Origin: a virus
Taxonomy: Duplodnaviria > Caudoviricetes
Reading direction: 5' to 3' (one strand)
Virus record (IMG/VR): IMGVR_UViG_3300016725_000002
Location: 32,001 to 96,000 of that record
DNA length: 64,000 bases
The position numbers and the translations under genes were made by a program. Shown here in pieces: positions 40,365 through 49,216 of this stretch; the stretch's first letter is position 1; every line of letters begins with the position of its first letter. The notes beneath the pieces were generated by a model. It was not told where the DNA came from and made no database searches. It saw only the letters and a list, made by a program, of their open reading frames with translations.

Positions 40365-40929
40365 TATATACCTTAAATGCACGCTTAATTTCTGCTATTG
40401 ATTTTGCTACTGCAATTTCTTGGCAGAAATGTATATAAATATCATACCAATTCTTCTTTTTATCCATTTCATTTTTAGCATCAATAAATAACTCTAATAT
40501 TGTTTCATCTTTATCATTATTTGAATCTAATACTTGTTCAATCAATTGCTCCAATGAAGTATATTTGTAATGAGATAACAAATATGAATACATTGTATAA
40601 TCATAAAAAGCAACATCTAAGTTATCTTGTTGAGAACGAGAGTTTAGTATTATTCTAGCTTTTAACTTGAATGATTTTTTAGCATAATCCAATTTTTCAA
40701 TACTAGAAATAACTTCTTTGTTAACATTTAATTGAGATATATGTTCCAACTTTGTAGTTGAATCAATAGTTATAAATCCTAAGCCTAAATCAAAAGTATT
40801 ATGGATATTACGCAAATAACGATATACTTCATAGCTACATTCTATATAATTCTGACTAGTATTATTTACCTTTATAACCCCGGTAATCAAAATAGTATTA
40901 CCGGGGTTAATTATAGCACCGTATTTCAT
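40348..40929 (-). CDS. rSAM-associated protein, paralog of 1229..2059
   Basis: C-terminal ~120 aa align by eye with 1229..2059; GGAG RBS. Confidence 0.65.
   Translation of the reverse strand: MKYGAIINPGNTILITGVIKVNNTSQNYIECSYEVYRYLRNIHNTFDLGLGFITIDSTTKLEHISQLNVNKEVISSIEKLDYAKKSFKLKARIILNSRSQQDNLDVAFYDYTMYSYLLSHYKYTSLEQLIEQVLDSNNDKDETILELFIDAKNEMDKKKNWYDIYIHFCQEIAVAKSIAEIKRAFKVYNEKFF
40875..40909. promoter_or_regulatory. 13-bp perfect hairpin just downstream of the Cys-rich protein gene
   Basis: taaccccggtaat-N9-attaccggggtta; no T-tail. Confidence 0.5.
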
Positions 40930-40947
40930 AGTGGCTCCTATGAATGG

Positions 40948-41400
40948 TTAATAATAATAATAACGATTAGAATAGTTACAATCGCAAGTACATCCATATG
41001 CACAGTTGCAGCTACAATAATTACAATTACAGGTGCAATAATTGCACTGACATATGCAAACAGCTTGAGAAATATTAATAGCATTTTGAATTTGAGCTAA
41101 TAATCTATTAGTAACTTTTGCCCCAATAGCATAGTTATTCCATGTTATTGCAGCTTTACCATCATTTGCATTACAAGTATTTATACTGTTAATTATAAGA
41201 GATAATGCAGAATTTTTAGCTTTATTACCAACAGCAATTGATTCCCATGCAGGAACTGCTTTACCACGAATGTTTAATTCTGCTGTTAACGCATTAATTG
41301 TTTGGGAAAAGAAAAGAGGTTTTAATTTTGCACCTGCAGTGATAACACTAGTCCACTGAGTTTGTGCTCTAGGTCCTATTACCTGATTCGTACATGCCAT
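40948..41400 (-). CDS. Cys-rich repeat protein; candidate rSAM modification substrate
   Basis: C-terminus CICQCNY-CTCNCNY-CSCNCAY-GCTCDCNY-SNRYYYY; overlaps the end of the rSAM/SPASM gene. Confidence 0.8.
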   Translation of the reverse strand: MACTNQVIGPRAQTQWTSVITAGAKLKPLFFSQTINALTAELNIRGKAVPAWESIAVGNKAKNSALSLIINSINTCNANDGKAAITWNNYAIGAKVTNRLLAQIQNAINISQAVCICQCNYCTCNCNYCSCNCAYGCTCDCNYSNRYYYY

Positions 41401-42472
41401 ATTTTTTCCTTTGTATTTTTATGAGTGCATATGTAAACTTAGATATTTCTTGTTGAATTAAACAAGCATTTTTATCGCAGGCATAATCTGTTAATTTAGA
41501 GGAATATCTAACTTTATTACTTTTATCATAATTATGAATAGGACATTTATAACAAACTAATGTAGAACATTTATCACAAGCCGAAGGTTGTTTATATGTA
41601 CAATTTAAACCCATCATTGACTTTATACTATTATTAAATATATCACCTCGTACATGTTGATTCTTAGTTGGACTAAAAATACAGCCATGACATAGATAAA
41701 CTATTCCATCACAATCAATACATAAACTATTATCACCTGCAGTACAAAATTGTCTATTATGTGCAAACCAATTAAAGTTATGTTTTGTATTGTTAGTTAC
41801 TATATCTGTTAATATTGTAGTTAATTGATTTCTAAAGGTTTGAAGAGTCTCAGTTGAAAATTGTGGAAATGGTGCATCTGTAACAAAATTTAAACGTAAG
41901 TTTACATCTAATGCAGGATTAATAGTTCGCAGTTCTTTACGAAGTTGGCAGTAATTAAAATAAATTTGTTCAATATATGTAATTTGTGAAGGTTTAATTG
42001 TAGCTTTCAATGAGAATAAAATATCATTTTCAGCTAAGGTTTTAATATTTTTAAGTACCTGAGTATTTGAAGATTGACCTTTAATATTCAATCTATTTAA
42101 ACTTTGAATCGGTTCAAAATCATAACTAACTTGGAATTGAAAATTATACTTACGCCATTTTTTAATATAAGGTATTAATTTATCTATCTCATATCCATTA
42201 GAACTAGTAAAAAATGATTTTACATATCCGTGTAATTTACTCATTATATAATCCATACTCTTATATTCAAGAGTTGGTTCCCCACCCCAAAATACAATAG
42301 AGATTGTATGTGCTGCACCTAATAATTGTTTAAATTCTATTATTCTTTCAATACTCTTATCAAGGACTTCTTTACTAGTACGAATTGGTTCATAACTGCA
42401 CCCACTCTCATAGCAATAGGTGCAACGTAAGTTACAGCTATGAGTTAACATTAAATCTATAGTATAGTTCAT
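41369..42472 (-). CDS. Radical SAM/SPASM maturase
   Basis: CNLRCTYCYE, WGGEPTL, SSNG; CTAG...YLCHGC...CDKCSTLVCYKC...C. Confidence 0.92.
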   Translation of the reverse strand: MNYTIDLMLTHSCNLRCTYCYESGCSYEPIRTSKEVLDKSIERIIEFKQLLGAAHTISIVFWGGEPTLEYKSMDYIMSKLHGYVKSFFTSSNGYEIDKLIPYIKKWRKYNFQFQVSYDFEPIQSLNRLNIKGQSSNTQVLKNIKTLAENDILFSLKATIKPSQITYIEQIYFNYCQLRKELRTINPALDVNLRLNFVTDAPFPQFSTETLQTFRNQLTTILTDIVTNNTKHNFNWFAHNRQFCTAGDNSLCIDCDGIVYLCHGCIFSPTKNQHVRGDIFNNSIKSMMGLNCTYKQPSACDKCSTLVCYKCPIHNYDKSNKVRYSSKLTDYACDKNACLIQQEISKFTYALIKIQRKKYGMYESGNRT

Positions 42473-42490
42473 ATTGGCTCCTTTGGTGAA

Positions 42491-42865
42491 CTATAATGCA
42501 ATAAAGCTTGCAGCGTGGAATGAGAAGAATTTAGTACCGTTACAAACAATCATAATACCTTCATTGGGAGATAAGGATTTGGAAGCATCATTATCAATTA
42601 GTTGCGTACTTAAAGAAGATTTAACTGTTATTTCAGTAGATCCATTATTTTTAATAAATAAATGAAATCCATCACTTAACGCTGTAGCATTGGGTAATGT
42701 GACAGTAAATGTACCACTTCCAGAAAGGAATTTACGGTAGTCATCAGAAGTTACAGAATAGTTAGCAGTTATTTCAGAAACAGTAATAGGACTACTAAAC
42801 TTTTGCATATTTTTAACTGCATTCATTATGTCTTGTTTTTCTTTCAGGGTGAAGGTATATGCCAT
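42491..42865 (-). CDS. Small tail-fibre/baseplate beta-sandwich protein
   Basis: TVTLPNA...FIKNNG...IVCNGTKF; same domain type as 42875..43276 and the C-terminus of 52472..53338. Confidence 0.55.
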   Translation of the reverse strand: MAYTFTLKEKQDIMNAVKNMQKFSSPITVSEITANYSVTSDDYRKFLSGSGTFTVTLPNATALSDGFHLFIKNNGSTEITVKSSLSTQLIDNDASKSLSPNEGIMIVCNGTKFFSFHAASFIAL

Positions 42866-42874
42866 GTTAAACTC

Positions 42875-43276
42875 CTAGATTATCCACCATTTATTACCGT
42901 CATACATAAGACGAACACCGTTTAATGGATCAAGTATAAGACCTATATCTCCATCTAATGCAGTATTAAATGTAATCTGTTTAGTAGCATGAATATTTTT
43001 CACATAAATAATATAACCCGCAGTAGTAGATGATAAAGTAACATTAATACCTGCATACGATGAACTTTCTATTAAGTATGTAGAACCCGGAGTAGGTGTA
43101 ATAGAAAACTTTTGATTATCTTGAGTAGCAGTAAGTAATACTATTTCAGTAGAACCACCATTTGCTAATTTATAAGTACCATCATCCGCAAGAAATTTTT
43201 TACCATCACTATCAATTATAATACGACCTATCTTTTCATTGAGAGTATCTAAGTTTCTTAGAACTTTTGGTTTCAT
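42875..43276 (-). CDS. Small tail-fibre-associated protein
   Basis: DGKKFLADDGTYK; VTL...IYVKN...LMYDGNKWWII. Confidence 0.55.
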   Translation of the reverse strand: MKPKVLRNLDTLNEKIGRIIIDSDGKKFLADDGTYKLANGGSTEIVLLTATQDNQKFSITPTPGSTYLIESSSYAGINVTLSSTTAGYIIYVKNIHATKQITFNTALDGDIGLILDPLNGVRLMYDGNKWWII

Positions 43277-43284
43277 ATTATCTC

Positions 43285-44022
43285 CTACGCCATAACAACT
43301 ATTTCAGTACCAGCATCATAAGAATCATAAAATTTAATACTATTACTAACAATACCAGATGTACCAATTTCATTATAAGCATAATAGTTACTATCTGAAC
43401 CACCAACACATAAAACACCATCTACAAAAACAAGTAAAGCATTAGTTCCCACTTTATAGCTAGGAACACTTATATCTGTATCAGCAATTAATTTACTTGA
43501 TAAAATAGTGACCATTTTGGTAAGGCTTGAGCCACCAGAACCACCACTTCCACCGTATGCATCAACAATCTTTTTAACTAAAGCAGGTGTAGCTGCTTTA
43601 TCCTCACTAGATACATCAAAACCAGAAGCATATAAAGTTAAACCTGCATTAACTGTAGTAGCCATGCCAATGTCAGAAGCAGCAGGGCCTAAATCATTGA
43701 TAAAACCATGAACACGGGCGGAAACGCCAATAGTATCACTATAAACATAAATAGTTTCCTGCGTGCTAACAACAACACGGGATTTAGTAAAAGTAGATCC
43801 ACCATCAATAGGCTGGTTAAATACAATATAATCTTCAGTATTAACTGAATCAGTAGATGCAGGAATAATTGCTATTCTAACTTTTGCTCGGGTGCCACCA
43901 CGATTGCACATGACTATATCTACGGTAGCAGCATTGGTACTGCTGTTATACCATATTTTAGTCAGCACACCTTGCTGACAATCTAGTTTACCAAATACAC
44001 CGCTTGTAACGGACATAGACAT
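43285..44022 (-). CDS. Tail-fibre-associated structural protein
   Basis: ATTVNAGL...AATP fibre repeat, Gly linker, LLVFVDGV domain. Confidence 0.55.
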   Translation of the reverse strand: MSMSVTSGVFGKLDCQQGVLTKIWYNSSTNAATVDIVMCNRGGTRAKVRIAIIPASTDSVNTEDYIVFNQPIDGGSTFTKSRVVVSTQETIYVYSDTIGVSARVHGFINDLGPAASDIGMATTVNAGLTLYASGFDVSSEDKAATPALVKKIVDAYGGSGGSGGSSLTKMVTILSSKLIADTDISVPSYKVGTNALLVFVDGVLCVGGSDSNYYAYNEIGTSGIVSNSIKFYDSYDAGTEIVVMA

Positions 44023-44106
44023 CTCCTCTTCATAATGATACTAGGGGAATACCAGTATAAACTAGTATCCCCCTAGTGTTTAGTAGCTGATTAAATCAGC
44101 GTTCAA

Positions 44107-45420
44107 TTAAGCTTTAACGTGGGGGTACACAACCACAGAATAAGCGATATCCTGTGTCAGTGTTTCGGCCAGGGTGATGGTGGTGCTGTTGGTCAGCACG
44201 AAAGCATCACTGGACTGGCGAATGCCGCTCAGGTACACTTCAAAGTAGTACACGCTGGAGATGGCAGTGCCCAGAGTGATGGTGCTGCTGCCGGAAGCAA
44301 CAGTACCTTCATAGGTGGTCACAGCGGTGACGGCAGGAGTGGAGCTGATTTCCACGAAGGTCTTGCCGGAGGCAGAAGTAAGCACATACACCTTTTTGGC
44401 GTATGTGTCAGACGCACCGCCTGTAACCACGAACAGGAAGCCTTCCTGCGCGGCGGTGGGAACCAGAGTGGCAAAGTCAGTAGCAGAACCCTGCCAAGCC
44501 ACGGCAGTGCGGCTCAGGCGTGAGTCATTGCCTTCGCAAGCTGTGCCCGCGGTCGTGCCGTAAACGGCAGTCAATGTAACGTCAGCAGACAGGGCGCCGC
44601 CGCCGGAAAGACCAGTGCCAGCGATAACCTGACGGGTAATCGGCACAACGCTGGTGATCTTGGTGTCCGTCCATGCGCTGGTGTCACTGTCCCACACCCA
44701 CACGGAGTCAGTGGCTTCAACGATAGCGTAGGAACCAGCTTCAGGAGCAGGATTTGCGGCCACAAGGGCGGCTTCCGTTGTGTAGTAACCCTTGAGCAGT
44801 GAGGCCTGCTTGATTTCCTTGGTGACGTAGGTTTTCAGGTCAAGCGCGGTGGTCTTCTTGTTGTCCGTACCCAGCTGCATCGGCAGTAAGGTGACGTCCG
44901 TAATGTCAGTTGAAGCCAGCGCGGCGAAACCAGAGAAGTCCTTGTTCAGCTTGAGGGCCAAACCATCGGTCAACTGCTTAACCTGCACAGCGCGGTCAGT
45001 AGCTGTTCCGGTGGTAATGTCACCAGCAGAAGCAATCTGCACAACACCGGGAGTGTCAGTGGTAGCCAGGGCGCCGCCAACGGTCACGTCATTGCCGTTA
45101 GCAGTAACGGTCACGCCCGTGCCAGCTTTGATGTTGGAAGCGATAAGCTTGGTGTCAAGAGCGGTCTGAAGGCCAGTCACCTTGTCAATGGTGATGCCGC
45201 CCACGAGGCCAGAACCGGCGATAGGCGTCCATGTCAGGGCTGACGCGCCGATGGTCTTGAGCATGAACAGAGCTTGTGTGTCGTCTTCGAGGAAGAGGAA
45301 GTTCACGTCACTTGCGGTGACATTGGCGGGAAGCATGCCAGTGCGGTCAGCACTTGTGCCTGTCCAACGAACTGGCTGGGGGTTTTTGAGTAAGGAAGTA
45401 GGGATACGTGTGATACTCAT
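44107..45420 (-). CDS. Abundant fibre/whisker-like structural protein
   Basis: A/T/G-rich; ATTDTPGVVQIAS, AGTGLSGGG, GTTAGTACEGNDSRLS; GC-rich codon bias like the MCP. Confidence 0.7.
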   Translation of the reverse strand: MSITRIPTSLLKNPQPVRWTGTSADRTGMLPANVTASDVNFLFLEDDTQALFMLKTIGASALTWTPIAGSGLVGGITIDKVTGLQTALDTKLIASNIKAGTGVTVTANGNDVTVGGALATTDTPGVVQIASAGDITTGTATDRAVQVKQLTDGLALKLNKDFSGFAALASTDITDVTLLPMQLGTDNKKTTALDLKTYVTKEIKQASLLKGYYTTEAALVAANPAPEAGSYAIVEATDSVWVWDSDTSAWTDTKITSVVPITRQVIAGTGLSGGGALSADVTLTAVYGTTAGTACEGNDSRLSRTAVAWQGSATDFATLVPTAAQEGFLFVVTGGASDTYAKKVYVLTSASGKTFVEISSTPAVTAVTTYEGTVASGSSTITLGTAISSVYYFEVYLSGIRQSSDAFVLTNSTTITLAETLTQDIAYSVVVYPHVKA

Positions 45421-45800
45421 GGTTTTTCTCCACTGTTTTTGGTTAGAAGTCTAATGACTTCATCTGAAACATTAATGTTTTTAATTTTAGCATTAGGCCT
45501 TAATTGTCGCCACAATTGGTACAAAATAGGGTCATTTTTACATGTGTATTCTTTACATGTTTTAGGTCGTATCTCATATATTGTACATCTGTTATCAGAG
45601 CCGAGAAACGGACAAACCAATCCCGGCCCCTTTTTCAATAATAATAATGTTTTACCATCCTTTACAAAAACATTAGCTATATCACTAATGTTTTTATTAA
45701 ACTGCGTAGCAACACGCTTGGCTTCTTCATATGTTAACTTAATCTCGCCAGCTACAACGCAGCATAGACCAGGACATGAATTGCAACGCTTTACTTGCAT
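45417..45800 (-). CDS. YkgJ-family (CxxCxxCC) Zn/Fe-chelating protein
   Basis: CNSCPGLCC, CPFL...CTIYEIRPKTCKEYTC. Confidence 0.85.
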   Translation of the reverse strand: MQVKRCNSCPGLCCVVAGEIKLTYEEAKRVATQFNKNISDIANVFVKDGKTLLLLKKGPGLVCPFLGSDNRCTIYEIRPKTCKEYTCKNDPILYQLWRQLRPNAKIKNINVSDEVIRLLTKNSGEKP

Positions 45801-46000
45801 TATAACTCCGATAATTCTCGCATTGCTTTAAGCATATTTTCCCAATTAGAATAGATAAGTTTGCTATTTTTCTTCATTCCAACGAATTTTTTAGCTCTTT
45901 TACTGATTATTTGGTATAACTTAAAGAACTCATTCTTTTGTTCTTCAGTAATACCTGAATCCTCAGATTTAGCTTCAATTTCAATATAATTGATTTTCAT
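45800..46000 (-). CDS. Hypothetical protein
   Basis: 66 aa, GGAGG RBS. Confidence 0.6.
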   Translation of the reverse strand: MKINYIEIEAKSEDSGITEEQKNEFFKLYQIISKRAKKFVGMKKNSKLIYSNWENMLKAMRELSEL

Positions 46001-46008
46001 GATTCCTC

Positions 46009-46548
46009 CTATTTCCTAAAAGCATTAAAATCAACTCTTTTATTAAATACACCAGTACCAAAGTAATATCCAATTACAGTATCAAACTTTGCACTAGCAT
46101 ACCCAATAACTGTACCAACTAAACCTATTTGATTTACATCTAAGTTCTTAAATTGAGAAGAAAATACAAAGATAACACAAACAATAAAAATTATAGCTGT
46201 CGTAATTGCTAAAATAGCAGGGGTAATTTTATCTTCTTTTAATGATTTAATATATGCTAAATTAGCATTATCCTTGTCAGTATTTTGACTAACAAGTACA
46301 TCCATATTAATATTTAATTCGGTTAACTTATCAGTAACAATAGATTCAACATTCTTTAAGTTTTGAAGGTGTTCCGAAGAACAGTTATTAATGTTGGTTT
46401 GTAATGTTTCTTCAGAGGTATCTGTTGGAAGTTCAAGTGCTTTACAGACTTCGGCACGAACAAAACTATAAAGTATTGGACTTGTTAATGCTAACGCTGC
46501 CTTAGGTGCTACTGTAGAAATTGAATCTATCCAATTTTGTTGCCCCAT
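46009..46548 (-). CDS. Putative holin-like membrane protein
   Basis: TVAP.AALAL..P N-terminus, two hydrophobic helices, VIGYYFG. Confidence 0.55.
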   Translation of the reverse strand: MGQQNWIDSISTVAPKAALALTSPILYSFVRAEVCKALELPTDTSEETLQTNINNCSSEHLQNLKNVESIVTDKLTELNINMDVLVSQNTDKDNANLAYIKSLKEDKITPAILAITTAIIFIVCVIFVFSSQFKNLDVNQIGLVGTVIGYASAKFDTVIGYYFGTGVFNKRVDFNAFRK

Positions 46549-46550
46549 AA

Positions 46551-46802
46551 TTATCCTTCATCTAATTCTTCCTCTTCAAAGTCAAAATCAGTATAACCTT
46601 CTGATAACATTGAAGTACAATGCACACAATGGGTTGATGTTGGAATTGCTTTTAATCTAGCTAAAGGAATAGGACGTTTACATCTCTTACAAACTACTTC
46701 ACCATTATCAATCATTTGAACATCTGATTTTTTAGCAGATCTAGCATATAATGCTGATTCATATATGCTAGATTGCTGCTGTGCAATATCGGCTGCATCC
46801 AT
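46551..46802 (-). CDS. TraR/DksA C4-type zinc finger protein
   Basis: MDAADIAQ (DxxDxA), CKRC..PIP.ARL.AIP....CVHC. Confidence 0.88.
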   Translation of the reverse strand: MDAADIAQQQSSIYESALYARSAKKSDVQMIDNGEVVCKRCKRPIPLARLKAIPTSTHCVHCTSMLSEGYTDFDFEEEELDEG

Positions 46803-46804
46803 TA

Positions 46805-47281
46805 TTAACCCCTACAAGAACTAGTTATATCCCAATCAAGGTCAATTGTGGGTAAATTTAACTGTGATGTAACAAATATCCAACATGAACTATCAACAGC
46901 AAGTTGAATGTCTTGTATAACTAAACTACAACGTGAAAAACAAGTAGGCATGGTATTAGCTCGTAACCAATTACCTTGAGGTGTAATGGCTAAGGGTGTT
47001 CTACTACGCTTTTTAATAGTTGATCCATCACGATATTCTAATGTTGCAAAAAAGCCATGAGAAGTTTGACTAAATTCGCGTATTGCATAATCTTCAAGAA
47101 TAATTAATTCATCACCAGGTGCACCATAAGGTGAATGGAATTTCCAATACTGAATATCAAGGGAGTTTAAATCCTGATATTCACTTGTACTGATATGAAT
47201 TTCTCCACCACCATTTTGTAATATTTCTTGAATAACTGCATCTGTTAGTTCCATTGTAAATATCTGTTTCTTAACACCCAT
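46805..47281 (-). CDS. Phage protein, ASCH/PUA-like
   Basis: SPYGAPGDEL...W.....MP...SR..L.I.DI pattern. Confidence 0.45.
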   Translation of the reverse strand: MGVKKQIFTMELTDAVIQEILQNGGGEIHISTSEYQDLNSLDIQYWKFHSPYGAPGDELIILEDYAIREFSQTSHGFFATLEYRDGSTIKKRSRTPLAITPQGNWLRANTMPTCFSRCSLVIQDIQLAVDSSCWIFVTSQLNLPTIDLDWDITSSCRG

Positions 47282-47289
47282 GTGTCACC

Positions 47290-47535
47290 TCATTTTGAGA
47301 ATTTATTTCTCAACTTAGTTTTTACTAATTCAAATTTCTGTTTATCTTCTTCACTTAAATTAGAACCTGCCCTATTAACATAAAATGAAACGCGGCTTAT
47401 TGCCTGTTTTAAACTGGTAGATTTTTTAAATAAAAAATCAGCAATTTTAGTTGCTGATTCAGTAAAGAGTTTATCAGGTACATCAAGTTTAGATTTATAA
47501 CTACTTAAATTAGTGGAGACTGTAATGTATTTCAT
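47290..47535 (-). CDS. DUF3175-like small basic protein
   Basis: LFT..A..IA..L...AISRVSFYVNRAGSNL. Confidence 0.55.
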   Translation of the reverse strand: MKYITVSTNLSSYKSKLDVPDKLFTESATKIADFLFKKSTSLKQAISRVSFYVNRAGSNLSEEDKQKFELVKTKLRNKFSK

Positions 47536-47536
47536 A

Positions 47537-47803
47537 CTACCTCCGGTATGGTTTACTTTTATTAAAGACTTTACCTTTAAATGAACGCTGCATGTGTTTA
47601 TGATGATCTGTATGACAACTAAAACATAAACTAATTAAATTGGATGGATCATTAGTCCCACCTTTACTGAGTTCTCGTTTATGATGTACATTTAAATATG
47701 TTGAATTAGGGGGAAACTCCCGAAAACATTCCTGACAAGTATAGTTATCTCGCTCTTTTACTTGTTGAGCAATTTCATTCCAATTATCAGGATAGCGAGT
47801 CAT
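47537..47803 (-). CDS. Small HNH endonuclease
   Basis: RDNYTCQEC...LNVHH...GGTNDPSNLISLCFSCH. Confidence 0.9.
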   Translation of the reverse strand: MTRYPDNWNEIAQQVKERDNYTCQECFREFPPNSTYLNVHHKRELSKGGTNDPSNLISLCFSCHTDHHKHMQRSFKGKVFNKSKPYRR

Positions 47804-48345
47804 TATTTACCACTATGATAAAATTTACCGCTTGATTTTTTATCAGAACTCGATTCTTCTGTATCATCTTCTGAATCTGTATCTTCTTTATCTGCATCAG
47901 ATAAATGAATATCACCTTGAAATAATGCAGAGGCAGTAGCCAAAACTAAAATTGTAGCTTTGTTGTCTATTGCTTCTTCACCATTTTTCTCTACTTCTTT
48001 TTTACCTTCATCAGTCTTTTTAAATTTATCAGTAACTCGTTTACTTAAACCTTTAGCAGCTTCTATTTGTTTCTTTGAAAAACCTTTTAATGCATCTGTT
48101 CCACCTTTTACTTTATCCTTAAACTTTGATAATAAACTAGTTGATTTATCTACTACTTTATCTTGTTCTTTAGGTGTTAACTTAGTTAAATGTTCTGCGA
48201 CACGTTTATCAATTTTTTTATCAAAATGGGATAAAATCTTTTCTTCCATCTTACTAACATATGTTTTATTTCCGTTATTATTAACGTAGTATTTACCACC
48301 CCTAGGGCCAGTGTTCAACTTTAAGGCAACTACTACATATTTCAT
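47803..48345 (-). CDS. Lys-rich hypothetical protein
   Basis: MKYVVVA leader, GPRGGKYY motif. Confidence 0.65.
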   Translation of the reverse strand: MKYVVVALKLNTGPRGGKYYVNNNGNKTYVSKMEEKILSHFDKKIDKRVAEHLTKLTPKEQDKVVDKSTSLLSKFKDKVKGGTDALKGFSKKQIEAAKGLSKRVTDKFKKTDEGKKEVEKNGEEAIDNKATILVLATASALFQGDIHLSDADKEDTDSEDDTEESSSDKKSSGKFYHSGK

Positions 48346-48833
48346 TTAACTCTCCTAAATACTTTCTTTATAAACTGCTGTACTGTCAACTTCTTTGTTG
48401 CACTAGCAGTTAAATAACAAGATGTAGTATCATTTAGCTGGTAGCGTTTTAAATCCCATCTTTTATCAGTATTAGCGTTCTCAAATACAGAAAAATCTAA
48501 TAACATTACGCCATCAACATCTCGTATAGGAATAGCGTCATAAAAAGGAGTAAAATTATTATGAGTATCAACAGATGTAGGAGAATAAACATCTAAATCA
48601 TATAATACTTTATCAATTGTGAATCTAATACCACTTATTCTTGCAGGAAAGTAGAATGCAGTTATTGGGTTATTAATACTTGGACTGAATGCTACTATAT
48701 CGCCTATTGAGTATCGGGAAGGATAGTTTTTGTGAGGTAAATCAGTTTCTAATTCTTCTAATACATTAGAAAGTTTTTCAGAATCCTTAATATTATTTGA
48801 ATCTATAATTTCAGCAACAACTACATATTTCAT
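48342..48833 (-). CDS. Hypothetical protein, paralog of 48830..49204
   Basis: Shared P.R...G.IV.FSP...FPA.I...FT..KVLYD...NNF.PFYD.IP. Confidence 0.7.
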   Translation of the reverse strand: MKYVVVAEIIDSNNIKDSEKLSNVLEELETDLPHKNYPSRYSIGDIVAFSPSINNPITAFYFPARISGIRFTIDKVLYDLDVYSPTSVDTHNNFTPFYDAIPIRDVDGVMLLDFSVFENANTDKRWDLKRYQLNDTTSCYLTASATKKLTVQQFIKKVFRRVK

Positions 48834-49204
48834 AATAAATCTTGTAACATCTTAGTGAAAGATGTAACTGAAAAAGTTATTTGCTTAGGATAAGATACTT
48901 TGGAAATAATAATACCTTTCTCTGAAAGAATATCATCAATTTCATTTACCATAATACTATCTACATTCTCTAACGGAATATTATCATAAAATGGATTAAA
49001 ATTATTATCAGAAGTAGCTAACTCTTTACATAAGAGGGAAATATCGTATAAAACTTTAGAAGGAGTGAATTTAACATTAACTATTTTGGCAGGAAAATGA
49101 GTACGTTTATCTTCAAAATTATTTAAATCCGGGGAAAATAATACAATTTGACCGGGTTTAAATCTCGCAGGAAAATCAGTATCTGCAACAGTTACATATT
49201 TCAT
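48830..49204 (-). CDS. Hypothetical protein, paralog of 48342..48833
   Basis: Same shared motifs; MKYVTVA leader. Confidence 0.7.
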   Translation of the reverse strand: MKYVTVADTDFPARFKPGQIVLFSPDLNNFEDKRTHFPAKIVNVKFTPSKVLYDISLLCKELATSDNNFNPFYDNIPLENVDSIMVNEIDDILSEKGIIISKVSYPKQITFSVTSFTKMLQDLL

Positions 49205-49216
49205 AGATTTCTCCTC

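Noticed and set aside
40948-41400. Metallothionein annotation for the Cys-rich protein
   Set aside because: The strict CxCxCNY periodicity, the long non-Cys N-terminal region and the overlap with a SPASM gene fit a modification substrate better; metal binding is not excluded
44040-44077. Hairpin after 44107..45420 as a terminator
   Set aside because: The stem is imperfect and lacks a U-tract on the minus strand; it may be a stabilising or attenuating stem but was not called
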